Shown: positions 48,246 to 63,399, counted from the first letter of the whole stretch. The stretch is 63,984 nt of DNA, filler included, from Octopus bimaculoides (GCF_001194135.2; 6 parts of 5 records of this genome joined end to end with filler, not necessarily neighbours in it); one strand, 5' to 3'. A program made the numbers and translations. The notes: generated by a model from the letters alone, not told the origin.

Positions 48246-51200
48246 AAACTTCTTGTCTCTGATAGTTTATTTCCAAATTATGGTTTGTTATTATTACCTA
48301 ATTTCAACTTCCAAACTACTGAGAAATTCCATAAGAAACTCTAATTTTTTTGTAAGTAGTTTTCTCTGTTAATGCTGAAGTTACCAAATTTTTGGTGTCA
48401 TGTTTAACTTTGACAACTTGCAGCATGTAACTCAGGAAGAAAAAAAACCTCCAAAAAAGCACTTAGAAAAATCTTTGTATTAATATTGATTTCAAATTTT
48501 GGAACAAGGCCAGCAATTTCGGGGGAAGGTAAGTCAGTTACATCGCTCCAATGTTCAACTGGCACTTATTTCATTGACCCCAAAAGGGTGAAATGCAAAA
48601 TTGACTTTGGTGGAATTTTGAACTCAGAACGTGGGCAATAAAGAAATAAGAAACTGAAAGAAGCCCATCATGTGTGTGTGTGTGTGTGTGTGTGTATACC
48701 TTTGTCTTGATATTCTTTGACATTTGTAAATTAACATCATCATACAAATGATGCTCATCATTTCCAGTCTTCCATGGAAACAAGTCTGGCCATGGGTAAA
48801 TATTACCTTGCTTGGAAATAGGTGAGTGTTGACAACAGCAAGAGCATCCAGCTGTAGTAAATCTGCTCTAACAAACCCCATCAGATCCATGGATGTACAG
48901 AAAATTAAACATCAAGTTATGATGATGATGTTGATGCTGATATATGCAGTTTCACTAATTTGTATCAATATCTAAAAGAAACTATACAAAAATTTCCAAT
49001 AAACTCAGAACTTTGACTATTGTTAAGTTCCATCCTTTACTCCATTCATTTAAATGTCAATAGTCTAAACCTAATGACAGTGTATGTGTCCCTCTGGTCA
49101 TTATTTAATTATTATATTAGCAACTCACACATTCCTGTCAAATCAGCAATTTATGAAAGTCTATGAAATATATATCTCTACAATTAATTTTTCAGCAACT
49201 AGTTTTCAGCCACCTCTATTTTAACTATTTAATTAATAATTATTTCTCATTATTTAATGACATTCAATTATTTCTACCCAACAATTACTTCAGATTTTTC
49301 AGTGACATCTTTATATTTATCTCTTTGTATATGGAAGCTAGTACAAGGTTAAGGGCAAAACTTCTTAATCTTAATTAGTAAATGTGTTACATTTTTATTT
49401 TGTTTTCAATCAATTCTTGATATCAGATAATCTTCAATTATCAAGCTTATATTCCAACGTATTTACTTTCACACATTGCTTTTTAATTTATTCCACATAT
49501 TATAATATGTTGCATTTGATTTAATTATTCTGCTGTTCCAACATACAATAAATGATTTTAGTTTACACATTCATTCATATTATCAGTTTNNNNNNNNNNN
49601 NNNNNNNNNNNNNNNNNNNNNNNNNNNNNNNNNNNNNNNNNNNNNNNNNNNNNNNNNNNNNNNNNNNNNNNNNNNNNNNNNNNNNNNNNNNNNNNNNNNN
49701 NNNNNNNNNNNNNNNNNNNNNNNNNNNNNNNNNNNNNNNNNNNNNNNNNNNNNNNNNNNNNNNNNNNNNNNNNNNNNNNNNNNNNNNNNNNNNNNNNNNN
49801 NNNNNNNNNNNNNNNNNNNNNNNNNNNNNNNNNNNNNNNNNNNNNNNNNNNNNNNNNNNNNNNNNNNNNNNNNNNNNNNNNNNNNNNNNNNNNNNNNNNN
49901 NNNNNNNNNNNNNNNNNNNNNNNNNNNNNNNNNNNNNNNNNNNNNNNNNNNNNNNNNNNNNNNNNNNNNNNNNNNNNNNNNNNNNNNNNNNNNNNNNNNN
50001 NNNNNNNNNNNNNNNNNNNNNNNNNNNNNNNNNNNNNNNNNNNNNNNNNNNNNNNNNNNNNNNNNNNNNNNNNNNNNNNNNNNNNNNNNNNNNNNNNNNN
50101 NNNNNNNNNNNNNNNNNNNNNNNNNNNNNNNNNNNNNNNNNNNNNNNNNNNNNNNNNNNNNNNNNNNNNNNNNNNNNNNNNNNNNNNNNNNNNNNNNNNN
50201 NNNNNNNNNNNNNNNNNNNNNNNNNNNNNNNNNNNNNNNNNNNNNNNNNNNNNNNNNNNNNNNNNNNNNNNNNNNNNNNNNNNNNNNNNNNNNNNNNNNN
50301 NNNNNNNNNNNNNNNNNNNNNNNNNNNNNNNNNNNNNNNNNNNNNNNNNNNNNNNNNNNNNNNNNNNNNNNNNNNNNNNNNNNNNNNNNNNNNNNNNNNN
50401 NNNNNNNNNNNNNNNNNNNNNNNNNNNNNNNNNNNNNNNNNNNNNNNNNNNNNNNNNNNNNNNNNNATATATTTCTAAAGTTGAAAAAAAATCAATAAAA
50501 TAATTGAAAATAGACATGTATTTGTACTTGATGAACAAAATAAATAATAATGATGATGATGATGATGATGATCCTTTCTATTATAGGCACAAGGCCTGAA
50601 ATTTTTGGGGAGGGGTTAAGTTGATTACATTGACCTCAGTACTCAACTGCTACTTAATTTCTTGACCCAGAAAGGATGAAAAGTAAAGTCGACCTTGGCA
50701 GAATTTGAACTCAGAACGTAACGACAGACAAAATACCACTAAGCATTTTGCCCAGTGTGCTAATGATTCTGCCAGCTTGTCACCTTAAATAATAATAATC
50801 GTGTTAAATTTTGCCACAAGGGCAGGGGATAAGTCGATTAGGTTTACCCCAGTACACACATGGTACTTGGTTTATCGACCCTAAAAGGATGAAAGGCAAA
50901 GTCAACCTTAGTGGAATTTGAACTCAGGACATAAAGACAGACGAAATACCTCTAAGCATTTCACCTGGTGTGCTAACGATTCTGCCAGCTTACTGCCTTA
51001 AATGATAATAATAGCATAATATATATATATAATACGCCATGTTTTGGGGCATAACTTCTGGCCTACCCTGTATAAATAGTAGTAATAGCACAAAGCGGGA
51101 AGACGCAATGGCCCAGTGGTTAGGGCAGTGGACTTGCGGTCAGAGGATTGCGGTCTTGATTCCCAAACTGGGCATTGTGTGTGTTTATTGAGCAAAAACA

Positions 51201-53240
51201 CCTAAAAGCTCCACAAGGCTTTGATAGGGGGTGGTGGTGACCCCTGTTGTACTCTTTCGCCCCAACTTTCTCTCACTCTTTCTTCCTGTTTCTTGAGTAA
51301 CATTGTGATGGACTGGCGTCCCGTCCAGCCGGGGGGNNNNNNNNNNNNNNNNNNNNNNNNNNNNNNNNGGGGGAACACATACATCATAGAAAACGGGAAA
51401 CCGGGCCCATGAGCCTGGCTAGGTGAAGAAAAAAAGAAAAAAAGAAAATAGGAAAATAGCACAAAGCACTGATGAGCTCATTAGTTTTCTTTGAGTCCAA
51501 GTGATGGCACTGCTGAGCTGATAGGAGTGTATTGACAATTTCCACCATGAATGAGAATTGTTTTCTTTACAATAAGCTGCAGTGAAATTGCCTTAGAAGT
51601 TAAAATATGATGCAAACATATTTGAGCTAACCTTTGAACAAAATGGTATCAGAAACTTTGTTGCAACCAGAATTAACAGGCTTAGGGGTGCAAGGCAAAG
51701 GAGAAAAGGGGCTGCAAATATATACTGCTTGCACTGACCCATAATCCTCATACTTGCAAATCTTTGCAAATCGTTGGCAAGACACAAATGTCACATTCGA
51801 CATATGCATTATGACAGACAAAGAAAGCGTAGGTTGTCAGATTCTCATACATTGAAACCAATGGGAGAATCCATTATTATATATNNNNNNNNNNNNNNNN
51901 NNNNNNNNNNNNNNNNNNNNNNNNNNNNNNNNNNNNNNNNNNNNNNNNNNNNNNNNNNNNNNNNNNNNNNNNNNNNNNNNNNNNNNNNNNNNNNNNNNNN
52001 NNNNNNNNNNNNNNNNNNNNNNNNNNNNNNNNNNNNNNNNNNNNNNNNNNNNNNNNNNNNNNNNNNNNNNNNNNNNNNNNNNNNNNNNNNNNNNNNNNNN
52101 NNNNNNNNNNNNNNNNNNNNNNNNNNNNNNNNNNNNNNNNNNNNNNNNNNNNNNNNNNNNNNNNNNNNNNNNNNNNNNNNNNNNNNNNNNNNNNNNNNNN
52201 NNNNNNNNNNNNNNNNNNNNNNNNNNNNNNNNNNNNNNNNNNNNNNNNNNNNNNNNNNNNNNNNNNNNNNNNNNNNNNNNNNNNNNNNNNNNNNNNNNNN
52301 NNNNNNNNNNNNNNNNNNNNNNNNNNNNNNNNNNNNNNNNNNNNNNNNNNNNNNNNNNNNNNNNNNNNNNNNNNNNNNNNNNNNNNNNNNNNNNNNNNNN
52401 NNNNNNNNNNNNNNNNNNNNNNNNNNNNNNNNNNNNNNNNNNNNNNNNNNNNNNNNNNNNNNNNNNNNNNNNNNNNNNNNNNNNNNNNNNNNNNNNNNNN
52501 NNNNNNNNNNNNNNNNNNNNNNNNNNNNNNNNNNNNNNNNNNNNNNNNNNNNNNNNNNNNNNNNNNNNNNNNNNNNNNNNNNNNNNNNNNNNNNNNNNNN
52601 NNNNNNNNNNNNNNNNNNNNNNNNNNNNNNNNNNNNNNNNNNNNNNNNNNNNNNNNNNNNNNNNNNNNNNNNNNNNNNNNNNNNNNNNNNNNNNNNNNNN
52701 NNNNNNNNNNNNNNNNNNNNNNNNNNNNNNNNNNNNNNNNNNNNNNNNNNNNNNNNNNNNNNNNNNNNNNNNNNNNNTAATTAAGCATTACTTTTAACAG
52801 AGTCGTCTGAATGCTAAAGGGTTAAAGTGACAATGATGATGATGGTGATGATGACAATGCTGCTACTGCTGATGATGACGATGATTTTGGTGATGATGAT
52901 GATGATGATGATGATGCCAACGGTGTTGGCTATGTGTTTATTTTGTATTACTCTTTGTGTTGTTGGTCATAATTTACTTCAATTTTAATATTCTGGACTA
53001 AAAGCAAACTCTTGTTTTAATTTAACAACATTTCTGATTAATATATTACAAAGTTGCTGTCACAAATAATTGGTTGTTTACACACATTGATTTAAAACCA
53101 ACATACGAGAGAAAGTTTTTTTTCTTTTTTAAATATGCAAGTTTTGATTTGCAAATTTATTTTTTTTAAGCTTCTTCCAAAGTATAACAAGCTCTGTACA
53201 AAAATTAAGAGATACCATTTCAGTTTTTTTTTGGTGTGTA

Positions 53241-53280
<40 letters not shown>

Positions 53281-56200
53281 CGTGTGTGTGTGTGTATGTG
53301 TGTGTGTGTGTAGGGGATGGTGTTGGTAGTGTGGTTGTTTCCTTTATTCCTATTGCAGTGGCATGGGAGGATTGAAAACTGGGGAAGTAAGGAGACATGT
53401 TTTTTTTTTTCCATTTGTTTCAATCATTTGATTGTGGCCATGCTGGAGCACGACCTTGAAGAATTTTTAGTGGAACGAATCGAGCCCAGTACCTTTTTTT
53501 CCCCCCTTTTAAGCTTGGTACTTGTTCTATCGTTCTTTTTTACCACGCTGTCAAGTTATGGGGATGTAAACACACCAACACCAGTTGTGAAGCAGTGGTA
53601 GGAGACAAACATAGACACAAAGCCACACACACACATGCATGCATGCACACACACACACACACATACACACATCTACAACAGGGTTCTTTCAGGTTCTGTC
53701 TAACAAATTGACTCACAAGTCCTTGGTTGGCCCAAGGCTATAGTAAAAAGCACTTGTATAAGACGGGATTGAACCCAGAGCCATGTGACTGAAATTCAAG
53801 CTTCTTCCTACGCAACCACACCTGTACCCACTATTTAATAAAATGAAAAAATTTTAGACATCCGAAGTTGAAGAAAGAAGATTTATTTGGATGCAAATAC
53901 CGTTTTGTCTTCCTGTTAATGAAGATCTGTGGAGAATGCTAAAAACTTAACTAATTTACGCCTGAGGAGGGTCTGGTAAGTGTCAGACTGAGAAACGCTG
54001 CACAACTCTGCCTAAAATATTGATTTAGAGATTGTTTCTTTTTTGATATAAATGTTTATATAAGCTTAGTTGTATGATTAAGAAGTTCACTTTGGAACCA
54101 CATGGTAAGTGGTTTGGTTTCCCTGTATGGATATTCTTTCCTATTCTTGGCACAAGGCTCGAAATATTTTGGTGAAGGGGGCCAGTCGATTAGATTGACC
54201 CCAGTGCGTAACTGGTACTTAATTTATCAAACCTGAAAGGATGAAAGACAAAGTCAACCTCAGCGGAATTTGAACTGTGAACCTAAAGACAGACAAAATA
54301 CCGCTAAGCATTTCGCCCGGCATGCTAATATTTCTGCCAGCTCACCGCCTTCCTCCGTATGGAAATTATGGAAGCTAAAGTTCTATACTATAGCTGCAGG
54401 TTGACCAATATTTTTTGCATGAGAATAGAAGATGGAAACTGAAGCAGTCTTTTGCATGTGTATGTATGTGTGTATGTTTATGTCTCTTCTATTTTTTAAT
54501 TATTATAAATCTTTCACTGAAGAGGGAGCCAGTTTCTAACAAATATTTTTTTAAGCCTCGCACTTATCCTATTGGTTTCTTTTGCTGAACATTGGTTGTC
54601 AAACGATGGTGGGAGGACAAACGCAGACACATAAATACATACACACACACACACACATACACACACTCACACAAATGTATATATATACATGACAGATTTC
54701 TTTCAGTTTCTGTCACCAATTCAACTCACAAGGCTTATCTATCTATCTATCTGTCATTTATCTATCTATCTATCTATCTAGGTTGTCCATGTATGTATGT
54801 ATGTATGTAAGTATCTATGTATGTATGTAGGTGTGTATCTATGTATGTATGTATGCAGTTTTGTGTTTGTGTAAGTAACTTCATATTTCTCCTTGTCTTT
54901 GCATGTGTTTATTGTTTGCAAATATATGTATTGCTATTCATACAGGCCATATTGCTTGCACTTGCAAACCTCTGCAAAATCTCAAACAGGCTTCTGACAC
55001 GTCCTGACATGTCTTGACAAATTGAACAACCTTTCTACAGAAAAAGTACATTCAAATGTAACCATTTGAATGTACCTGTCATTTATTTCCAGTTCTCCAT
55101 GTAACTATGTCCAAGTTGCACATTTATTAACATTTATTCACACATTTTTTACAAAACACATTTTGCATTACATTATCTTATTCAAATTCTTACATGTTAT
55201 GCCCATTATTGCACTAAATTTTCATAGATCCAACTTTCACATTGCATATATTTTATCAAATTACCCTATCCACCTACTGTTCATCTTTAATGTTATACTA
55301 TTTAAAATATTATCAACCTAAACAAAACTTCTTATCTATTTAGTAAAGCAGTTAGTATAATTTTGAATTATTTTATTCAATTTATTTTAAGTCTCATGAT
55401 TCTTTTAAGCAAACTAATAAACAGAATCATAAAACTACTATTTAAAGATATCTTGTGTTTTCCATTCTTTTAAAACCATTTATCTGAGTATGGGTGTATG
55501 TATGTATGTATGTATGCCATTATTCAGTTTATTTCGAAATTTCTTGCCAATAGAGAAAGAACCAGTTTCTAACCTAGATCCAAGGTTCCTTCACTGGAAT
55601 TTCAACATCAGCAACAGGTTATTTTTGTATGTATGTATGTATGTATGCTTGTATGTATGTATGTATGTATGTATGTATGTATATGTGCAGATTTGTATGT
55701 TCTGCTTTATCTATGTATTCTCATGCATGTAGTTGCACATCTAAACATGCTCATATATATTTAAATGATAAACTTCTGGAAAGTTTTACAGATTTTTACA
55801 GTTCCAATGATGGATTGGATCTGTAATCTTCGAACTATCTTTCTCCTTTCTGGTTTTGAGAAGTCTAATTTCTCAAGATTGGTATTAGGCAGTGTGTTAC
55901 ATATTCCAGGGCCCCAATAATTACTGGCATAAACCTGAACTTGTATGTATGTATATATGTAGTGTATTCCCTTCTGTTTCTAACTATTTAAATTCTTCCT
56001 TTCAAGAAGGAGCTGGTTTCTTACAAAGACACAAAAAGCTCCATCTTAAGAATGTAGATAACCCAAACAATGTCACATTTTAAACCTGAGAAAAGTCTTG
56101 CATACTTTTACTGTTCGGCTTACAAATTGTATTTATAATGTGCAAATCAGTTGGTTGAATTCTTTTACTGAAAATCCAAGACAGACAGGCATTTACTTTT

Positions 56201-56346
56201 ATGTATGTATGTATGTATGTATGTATGTATGTATGTATGTATGTATNNNNNNNNNNNNNNNNNNNNNNNNNNNNNNNNNNNNNNNNNNNNTTAATTAATT
56301 AANNNNNNNNNNNNNNNNNNNNNNNNNNNNNNNNNNNNNNNNNNNN

Positions 56347-56526
56347 TCTGTCTATGGCTAGTGCTTTGCTATACCTAACCGCTTCTGCTTTTATTGCTCT
56401 CTTGAGGGCAACCCACCATTTGTTATTGATGATGGCTCCCGTCAAAGCCCTCTTTACTAACGTGCTAATCCGGTCTCTCAAAACCTGTCTCGACGGGAAA
56501 GACGCGTTTAGTTTCCAGTAACCGGG
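56347..56526 (-). mobile_element. Tx1/L1-clade LINE ORF2 fragment
   Basis: [20 protein letters not shown]...NNKWWVALKRAIKAEAVRYSK matches the G.WKLN.SL...WW..K..IK....YS motif that follows the APE domain in L1/Tx1. Confidence 0.75.
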
Positions 56527-56528
56527 CC

Positions 56529-56622
<94 letters not shown>

Positions 56623-57215
56623 AGGTAGACGGACAGGCAAACAAACAGACAGCCGGACAAGCAGACAGGCAGACAGACAAACAGACAGACAGATAGATAA
56701 ATAGAGAGATAGATTGATAGATAGGTTGACAGATAGGTAGATAGAGAGATAGATAGACAAATAAGCGGAGAGACAGAGACAGATAGAGAGACAGAAAGAG
56801 TGAGAGAGCAAGAAAGCGAGAGAGTAAGAGGGGAAACGTGAGTGTGAGAGACAAATGTGGAAAAAACTAGCGTTATTTAAACAACTATATTCTACAGAGA
56901 ATAATTTTCAATTCACACGCAATCATTACTATCAACACTTAGTGCATTAGCGGTCATTTCTCAATGGTCAGTGTTCATTATATGCGTGTAATTCTTCAAC
57001 CAATGTAGCGCTAGAGGGATAGGTTAGTCTACAGGACTATCCTCTAACGCTGTTAATATGCTGCATACAATGAGCGAAGAAAAAGCTGAGCTGAACCGCA
57101 CAATGAAATGAAGTTTAATGGAAATTTCAGCTGCTTTGAATAAGGATCGAACTGCAATAGTGTTATTTTTATTATCATTGGCTCAACTATTCCTCTTACT
57201 ATATACTCTTCAAAT

Positions 57216-58243
57216 GCATCTATGAAGTTTGTACGCACACATTTCTTAATTACCTTTCTTTTAACTAAATTTTGAAACTTCGTACATTGGTGGAATGTCT
57301 CACGATAGTAATCGAAGAGGAACAACTTCCAGTTCATCTCTACTAAATGTGACTACTCTGTTCTATTCGTACATCGAACGAAGACGATGCCACCTTTATC
57401 CTTTCTTCCTTTCTAGTCAGCACCGCGCGTTCCTTANNNNNNNNNNTTATCCTTTCTTCCTTTCTAGTCAGCACCGCGCGTTCCTTACTCTTTCCCTCCT
57501 TTCTACACTATCAAGTAGCAACCAGCGAGCGAACTTGTCACTGCCACTACAATTATCGCATTTTCCGGTGTATAAGCCGCTATTTGTTTTGTTTTACCTT
57601 CATGTTTTGATAATGTTATTTTTAATGTAATAAAGACTTTTATATTGACGGAATGTGTTGTTGCTGATCATAGTAAGATAAAATCATAACAACAACAATA
57701 TATCTCATAGCTGTAAAATTTTGAAACTACATTCACGTCAACAACAAAAAAGCTAGCTGGTAGCTCTCTAAGTCTTTTAAATACCGGTGCGTTTTATGTG
57801 TGGATAAAACACTGATGGCGGTCAAACGAATAAATATATGTAAATAATATTTCTTGTTTCTTGGTGTTGATTCTTCGATGTTTACTGGTTACTCCAACGC
57901 GAGAACCAAAAAAACAAAAAAAAAAAAATACACAGGCAGTAAACAATAAATAAAATAGAACAGAGTGGTGACATTTAGTAGAGATGACCCGGAAGTTGTT
58001 CCTCTTCGATTACTATCGCACACAGCAGTAACTTTCTTCAACTGAATACACGTCGTTGATTGGCTGAAATTACCCAATTATGACAACTTTAACACGAATA
58101 ACTTCTAAAATAGCAAATTTTATCAAAAATGTTCAAAGTAAATCGTGTTCTGCGTAAGACATTCTACCATTATACGAAGTTTCAAACTGTTTATTTAAAA
58201 AAAAAATTAATTAAAAAATCTTTGAGTCAAACTGAACAGATCC
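57216..58243. mobile_element. Old divergent member of the GGATC-TIR family
   Basis: The right end CAAACTGAACAGATCC and left end GCATCTATGAAGTTTG match at 12 of 16 positions. TSD CTTCAAAT / CTACAAAT. Subterminal similarity to the family (GACATTCTACC...AAGTTTCAAA) and a 65-bp internal inverted repeat (57303-57367 / 57954-58018). Confidence 0.65.
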
Positions 58244-59077
58244 CTACAAATAACTAACATAGCAGATGTTTTTTTATTAGTCGGTTGTACTTTTTTTATT
58301 ATTTGGTTCTTTTACTTGTTTAAGTCATTTGACTGCGTCCATGCTGGAACACCGCTTTAATGGGTTTTAGTCGAGTAAATTGATCCCAGGACTTATTCTT
58401 TGTAACCCTAAACTTATTCTACTCATCTCTTTTGCTGAACTGCGTATTTGCACATCATCATTAGGGAGTATTCACTACGAAGCGCATGCTTAGACAAATT
58501 TAGCTTCTACTGATATCGAAAAGCAGTGTTGCAAATAGCTGACGGGCTGGGTAAAATATTCGTTATTAACGACGAAAAACGTATTTGTTCAGAATATCGT
58601 TTTATGTATGAAATGGAAATCCAGAGAAATCATGATTTAGCAATCCTACTAGTGCTACTGGATACTTCACTTCTGCTACTAATACACATCTGTGATTTTG
58701 TTTTAGTACTATACATGAATACACGATCATTTCTCACGACAAATGCTGAAGTTTTGTGTTTCTACAGTATATCTGCGTTAATTAAGATACACAAAACGCT
58801 TTTCTGAAAGAACACTGTCCCTATCGTGAATAAGGAATATCTAAGTATTCGTTAGGCACCTCATAATACTGTGCAGGAATTCAAATGCGGACTGCAAATC
58901 CCATCTATGTCGGCATAGATGTCATATGTGTGCGTGCGTGCATACATATGTGTGTTTGTATATATGTGTGTGTGTGTGTCTCTATTTTTGTGTACCAGTA
59001 AGATTCACTCTGTTATTAATCTGAATATCTTGTAATGTGTGATCGTTCAGGAGATAGGAAAAATTAAACAAATTTAT

Positions 59078-59308
59078 AGGCGTAGGAGTGGCTGTGTGGT
59101 AAGTAGTTTGCTTACAAACCACCTGGTTCCAGGTTCAGTCCCACTGCGTGGCACCTTGGGCAAGTGTCTTCTACTATAGTCTCGGGCCAACTAAAGCCTT
59201 GTGAGTGGATTTGGTAGACAGAAACTGAAAGAAGCCCGTCGTATATATGTATATGTATATATATGTGTCTGTGTGTGTCTGTGTGTGTCTGTGTGTCTGT
59301 GTGTGTGT

Positions 59309-59351
<43 letters not shown>

Positions 59352-59556
59352 TGTGTCTGTGTTTGTCCTCCCCAACATCGCTTGACAACTGATGTTGATG
59401 TGTTTCTGTCCTCGTAACTTAGCGGTTGAGCAAAATAGACCGATAGAATAAGTACTAGGCTTCCAAAGAATAAGTCCTGGGGTCGATTTGCTCGACTAAA
59501 AGCGGTGCTCCAGCATGGCCACAGTCAAATGACTGAAACAAGTAAAAGAGTAAAAG
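59078..59556 (+). mobile_element. SINE family B copy
   Basis: Colinear with 18721-19190. Further partial copies lie at ~4476-4641, ~19490-19685, ~45530-45915, ~53400-53825, ~58300-58445 and ~63032-63315. Confidence 0.88.
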
Positions 59557-61528
59557 TGGGGTCCACTAGAATAGATTGTACATAACTTCAAATTGTTCCG
59601 GGCTTGTTTCCTTTTGTAAGTCTGCTTTGGTCATGTTGAGCAGCGACGTAGCGAATACAACTAATTCAAATAAACAAGTTCAAGTAAAGTTAGCAACTAC
59701 ATTTCACTCGTTTACACACACACACACACAAAAAAAAAAGCACATACATACACATGTATACATAACACAACGTAGGTATACAAATATGCATAACTACATA
59801 CGCATACACATATACATACTGATATATACATATATGCATAGACATTGACACATATAGGTAGAAACGTATCCATATGCATACGCACACACATACATATATA
59901 TATGCAAATACACCGACAGATATATACACAGACGCTACACGCACTCACTCACGCACGCACACACTCACGCACGCACACACTCACGCACGCACACACTCAC
60001 GCACGCACACACTCAAGCACCCATACATATACACCTACACACACATACATACATACACATATACNNNNNNNNNNNNNNNNNNNNNNNNNNNNCACTCACG
60101 CACGCACACACGCACGCACGCACACACTCACGCACGCACACATACACACGTATATATGTATGAATCTAGATATATGTGTATGTATGTATGTATGTATGTA
60201 TGTATGAATGTATGCATGTATGAATGTATGTATGTATATGCACACACACACACACATGAGTGGTTACTGCATGCTTTCATCTAATAGCGCTATCATAATT
60301 TACAGTGCCTGAAGTCAACTATGTAAACGTGGTATTGAGACGATATCATCTGGTTTCGCGGGATTCCGGCCATAAATCGTTTGATATCCTATGAAGCTAA
60401 GACCCCTGAACATCTCCCGTTTAACAGATGACAGTAGTAACATTTTGTCAACAGCACCCACAAGCTTTAAGATTAAACATTCCAGGCGATAAACTGCCGG
60501 CAGTAAAATTCCAAATGAAAACTATTCCTGATTTGATAAAAGACTAGCGCGTTTTAGTTCTTTTATTACCGTGGAATTAGGTTTATCTATAGCCCTTTCT
60601 GTTTACTGTATGTGTACCTTACTTGTGCAAACGCCGTGTGTAAACGCCGTGTGTAAACGCCATGTATGTGCGCGCGCGCATGCGTGCGTGTGTGCGTGCC
60701 TATGTGTAATTAAGCATTTTTTTTATTGGCGTTGGGACACATGAAAGCTATGTATTTATTGATGNNNNNNNNNNNNNNNNNNNNNNNNNNNNNNNNNNNN
60801 NNNNNNNNNNNNNNNNNNNNNNNNNNNNNNNNNNNNNNNNNNNNNNNNNNNNNNNNNNNNNNNNNNNNNNNNNNNNNNNNNNNNNNNNNNNNNNNNNNNN
60901 NNNNNNNNNNNNNNNNNNNNNNNNNNNNNNNNNNNNNNNNNNNNNNNNNNNNNNNNNNNNNNNNNNNNNNNNNNNNNNNNNNNNNNNNNNNNNNNNNNNN
61001 NNNNNNNNNNNNNNNNNNNNNNNNNNNNNNNNNNNNNNNNNNNNNNNNNNNNNNNNNNNNNNNNNNNNNNNNNNNNNNNNNNNNNNNNNNNNNNNNNNNN
61101 NNNNNNNNNNNNNNNNNNNNNNNNNNNNNNNNNNNNNNNNNNNNNNNNNNNNNNNNNNNNNNNNNNNNNNNNNNNNNNNNNNNNNNNNNNNNNNNNNNNN
61201 NNNNNNNNNNNNNNNNNNNNNNNNNNNNNNNNNNNNNNNNNNNNNNNNNNNNNNNNNNNNNNNNNNNNNNNNNNNNNNNNNNNNNNNNNNNNNNNNNNNN
61301 NNNNNNNNNNNNNNNNNNNNNNNNNNNNNNNNNNNNNNNNNNNNNNNNNNNNNNNNNNNNNNNNNNNNNNNNNNNNNNNNNNNNNNNNNNNNNNNNNNNN
61401 NNNNNNNNNNNNNNNNNNNNNNNNNNNNNNNNNNNNNNNNNNNNNNNNNNNNNNNNNNNNNNNNNNNNNNNNNNNNNNNNNNNNNNNNNNNNNNNNNNNN
61501 NNNNNNNNNNNNNNNNNNNNNNNNNNNN

Positions 61529-61569
<41 letters not shown>

Positions 61570-62167
61570 CATACATTTATATATATGTGTGTGTGTGTGT
61601 CTACACACACACACACATACATATACGTCTTCGTGTGCATGTTTTTATACGAGTGTTTATGAGTTTGTGTTTGCGAATAACGGTTTCGTTGAAAATCATT
61701 GGTTCATCCGTATTCTGGTGTTGTGGTTGTTTATTTCATGTTTGTCTATATTTACAGCTGGATTTCTGGCAGTTGTATCTCTCGTCAGTTGCAACGATGA
61801 TCATACCACAGTCCGACCAATTGAAATATCTACTGGTGCAACGTGTAGAGCATTTACTTTACATGCAAGTCGACGTCTTATGCGGTTGTCATCAAAGCTT
61901 GACACAGTATGTTAAAGTCTGAATCTCTTAATAATATTTGCAGTCCAAAGAGAAAGAAAGAAATCGATCAATTGGAAGTAACGGAGAGGGAAAGGGTGAG
62001 AGATAATTGTCAACTCCAGTGCCGAATATAGTTACTTTATTTACCAACACACAAGGTGAGAGGAAGGTCCAAGTAAAGTTCGCTCGGCGATATTTGTTCT
62101 CTGAATTCAGAGATTCGGATCGAATAACAGAAGTGAGAAATTTTTTGATGAGTGAAAAAAAATACTG

Positions 62168-62403
62168 GGATCTATTTTAAAACGGGGGCCACATTTTTCA
62201 TTAATGTTTTACGTAGTGTTTTTGGTACGGAAAGACTTTCAAACTTCGTATACTTATCTATTTTGTGTTATAGAACAGAAAAATATTTTTGTATTCGAAT
62301 TTATTTCATGCAAAAAATTGTCTTATTTCGATAATTTCAACCAATCACTGACAAGTATTCAGTTGTTTACATTTACTCCTTTGGCTGATTAAGCGATGTA
62401 AAG
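62168..62403. mobile_element. GGATC-TIR element, one end only (truncated by an assembly gap)
   Basis: Begins GGATCTATTTTAAAACGGGGGCCACATTTTTCATTAA and is near-identical to 36467-36690. Confidence 0.85.
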
Positions 62404-63399
62404 NNNNNNNNNNNNNNNNNNNNNNNNNNNNNNNNNNNNNNNNNNNNTTAATTAATTAANNNNNNNNNNNNNNNNNNNNNNNNNNNNNNNNNNNNNNNNN
62501 NNNGGTGATAACTCAATGAACCGTATTTTGTAATACATTCTAGATGTACGAATATTGATTTCTGTGAAAAGTGTAAGGCTTATGTTAGATGTACAAATAT
62601 TAAAAACGAATATTATTGTTTATTCTTTTTTTTCTATCGTTCTTCTTTGTAAATTCTTTTTTGCTTGCTGTATATTTTCAGATAACTAATAAATGTAAGC
62701 AGATGCACAGAAACACACACACTTGCATATATAGCTTCGAGTACACAAGCGGTTTCCAACGAATATGTATATTAATTGTTGAAAGGCACACTGCGTTTCT
62801 TTTTGCAACCATTATATATTACCTAGTACATTAAAGGCTCATAAGTCAATGCTGTGTACTTCTCTGTGTTAGCAGTGCGTTGTTTTAATTTTTGAAGTGT
62901 ATCTCTACAGATTTTCTATAGACTTTACAGCCGCCACTGAAAGTTACGAAGTTTTGCACGAAACGGCGAAACTTTCAGCGTTGGCTCTAAATTCTGTAGA
63001 AATCTGCAAAGATGCACTTCAAAAATTAAAACAAGTGTCTTCTACTATAGCCTCGGGCCGATAAAACCTTGTGAGAGGATTTGGTTGACGGAAACTGAAG
63101 AAAGCCCGTCGTATATATATATGATTATATTTGTGTGCGTTTGTGTGTCTATGTGTGTGTGTCTGTCTATTTCCCTGCCTGTTTGTGTGTGTCTGTGTTT
63201 GTTCCACTGCTATCGCTTAACAACCGATGCTGGTGTGTCTATCTCCCCGTAACTTAGCGGTTCGGCAAAGGAGATCAACAGAACAAGTACTAGGATTACA
63301 AAAAATTAAGTCCTGGCCTATAGCCTCACATCCTATGTACTATTTCCATAGGATGAGTCTGTATTGCAAAAGATACCAAAATGGTAATGCTAGTAGCAC

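Noticed and set aside
51460-51515. CTGATGA followed by a GCTCA/TGAGT stem
   Set aside because: The GAAA half of the core and the NUH site are missing.
53958-54006. Hammerhead-like CTGAGGA...GTCTG/CAGAC...GAAACGC
   Set aside because: There are extra bases before GAAA, and no stem III or stem I pairing.
57396-57489. 42-bp direct repeat
   Set aside because: The two copies flank a 10-N gap exactly, typical of unmerged contig overlap. The same is seen at ~16610-16705.
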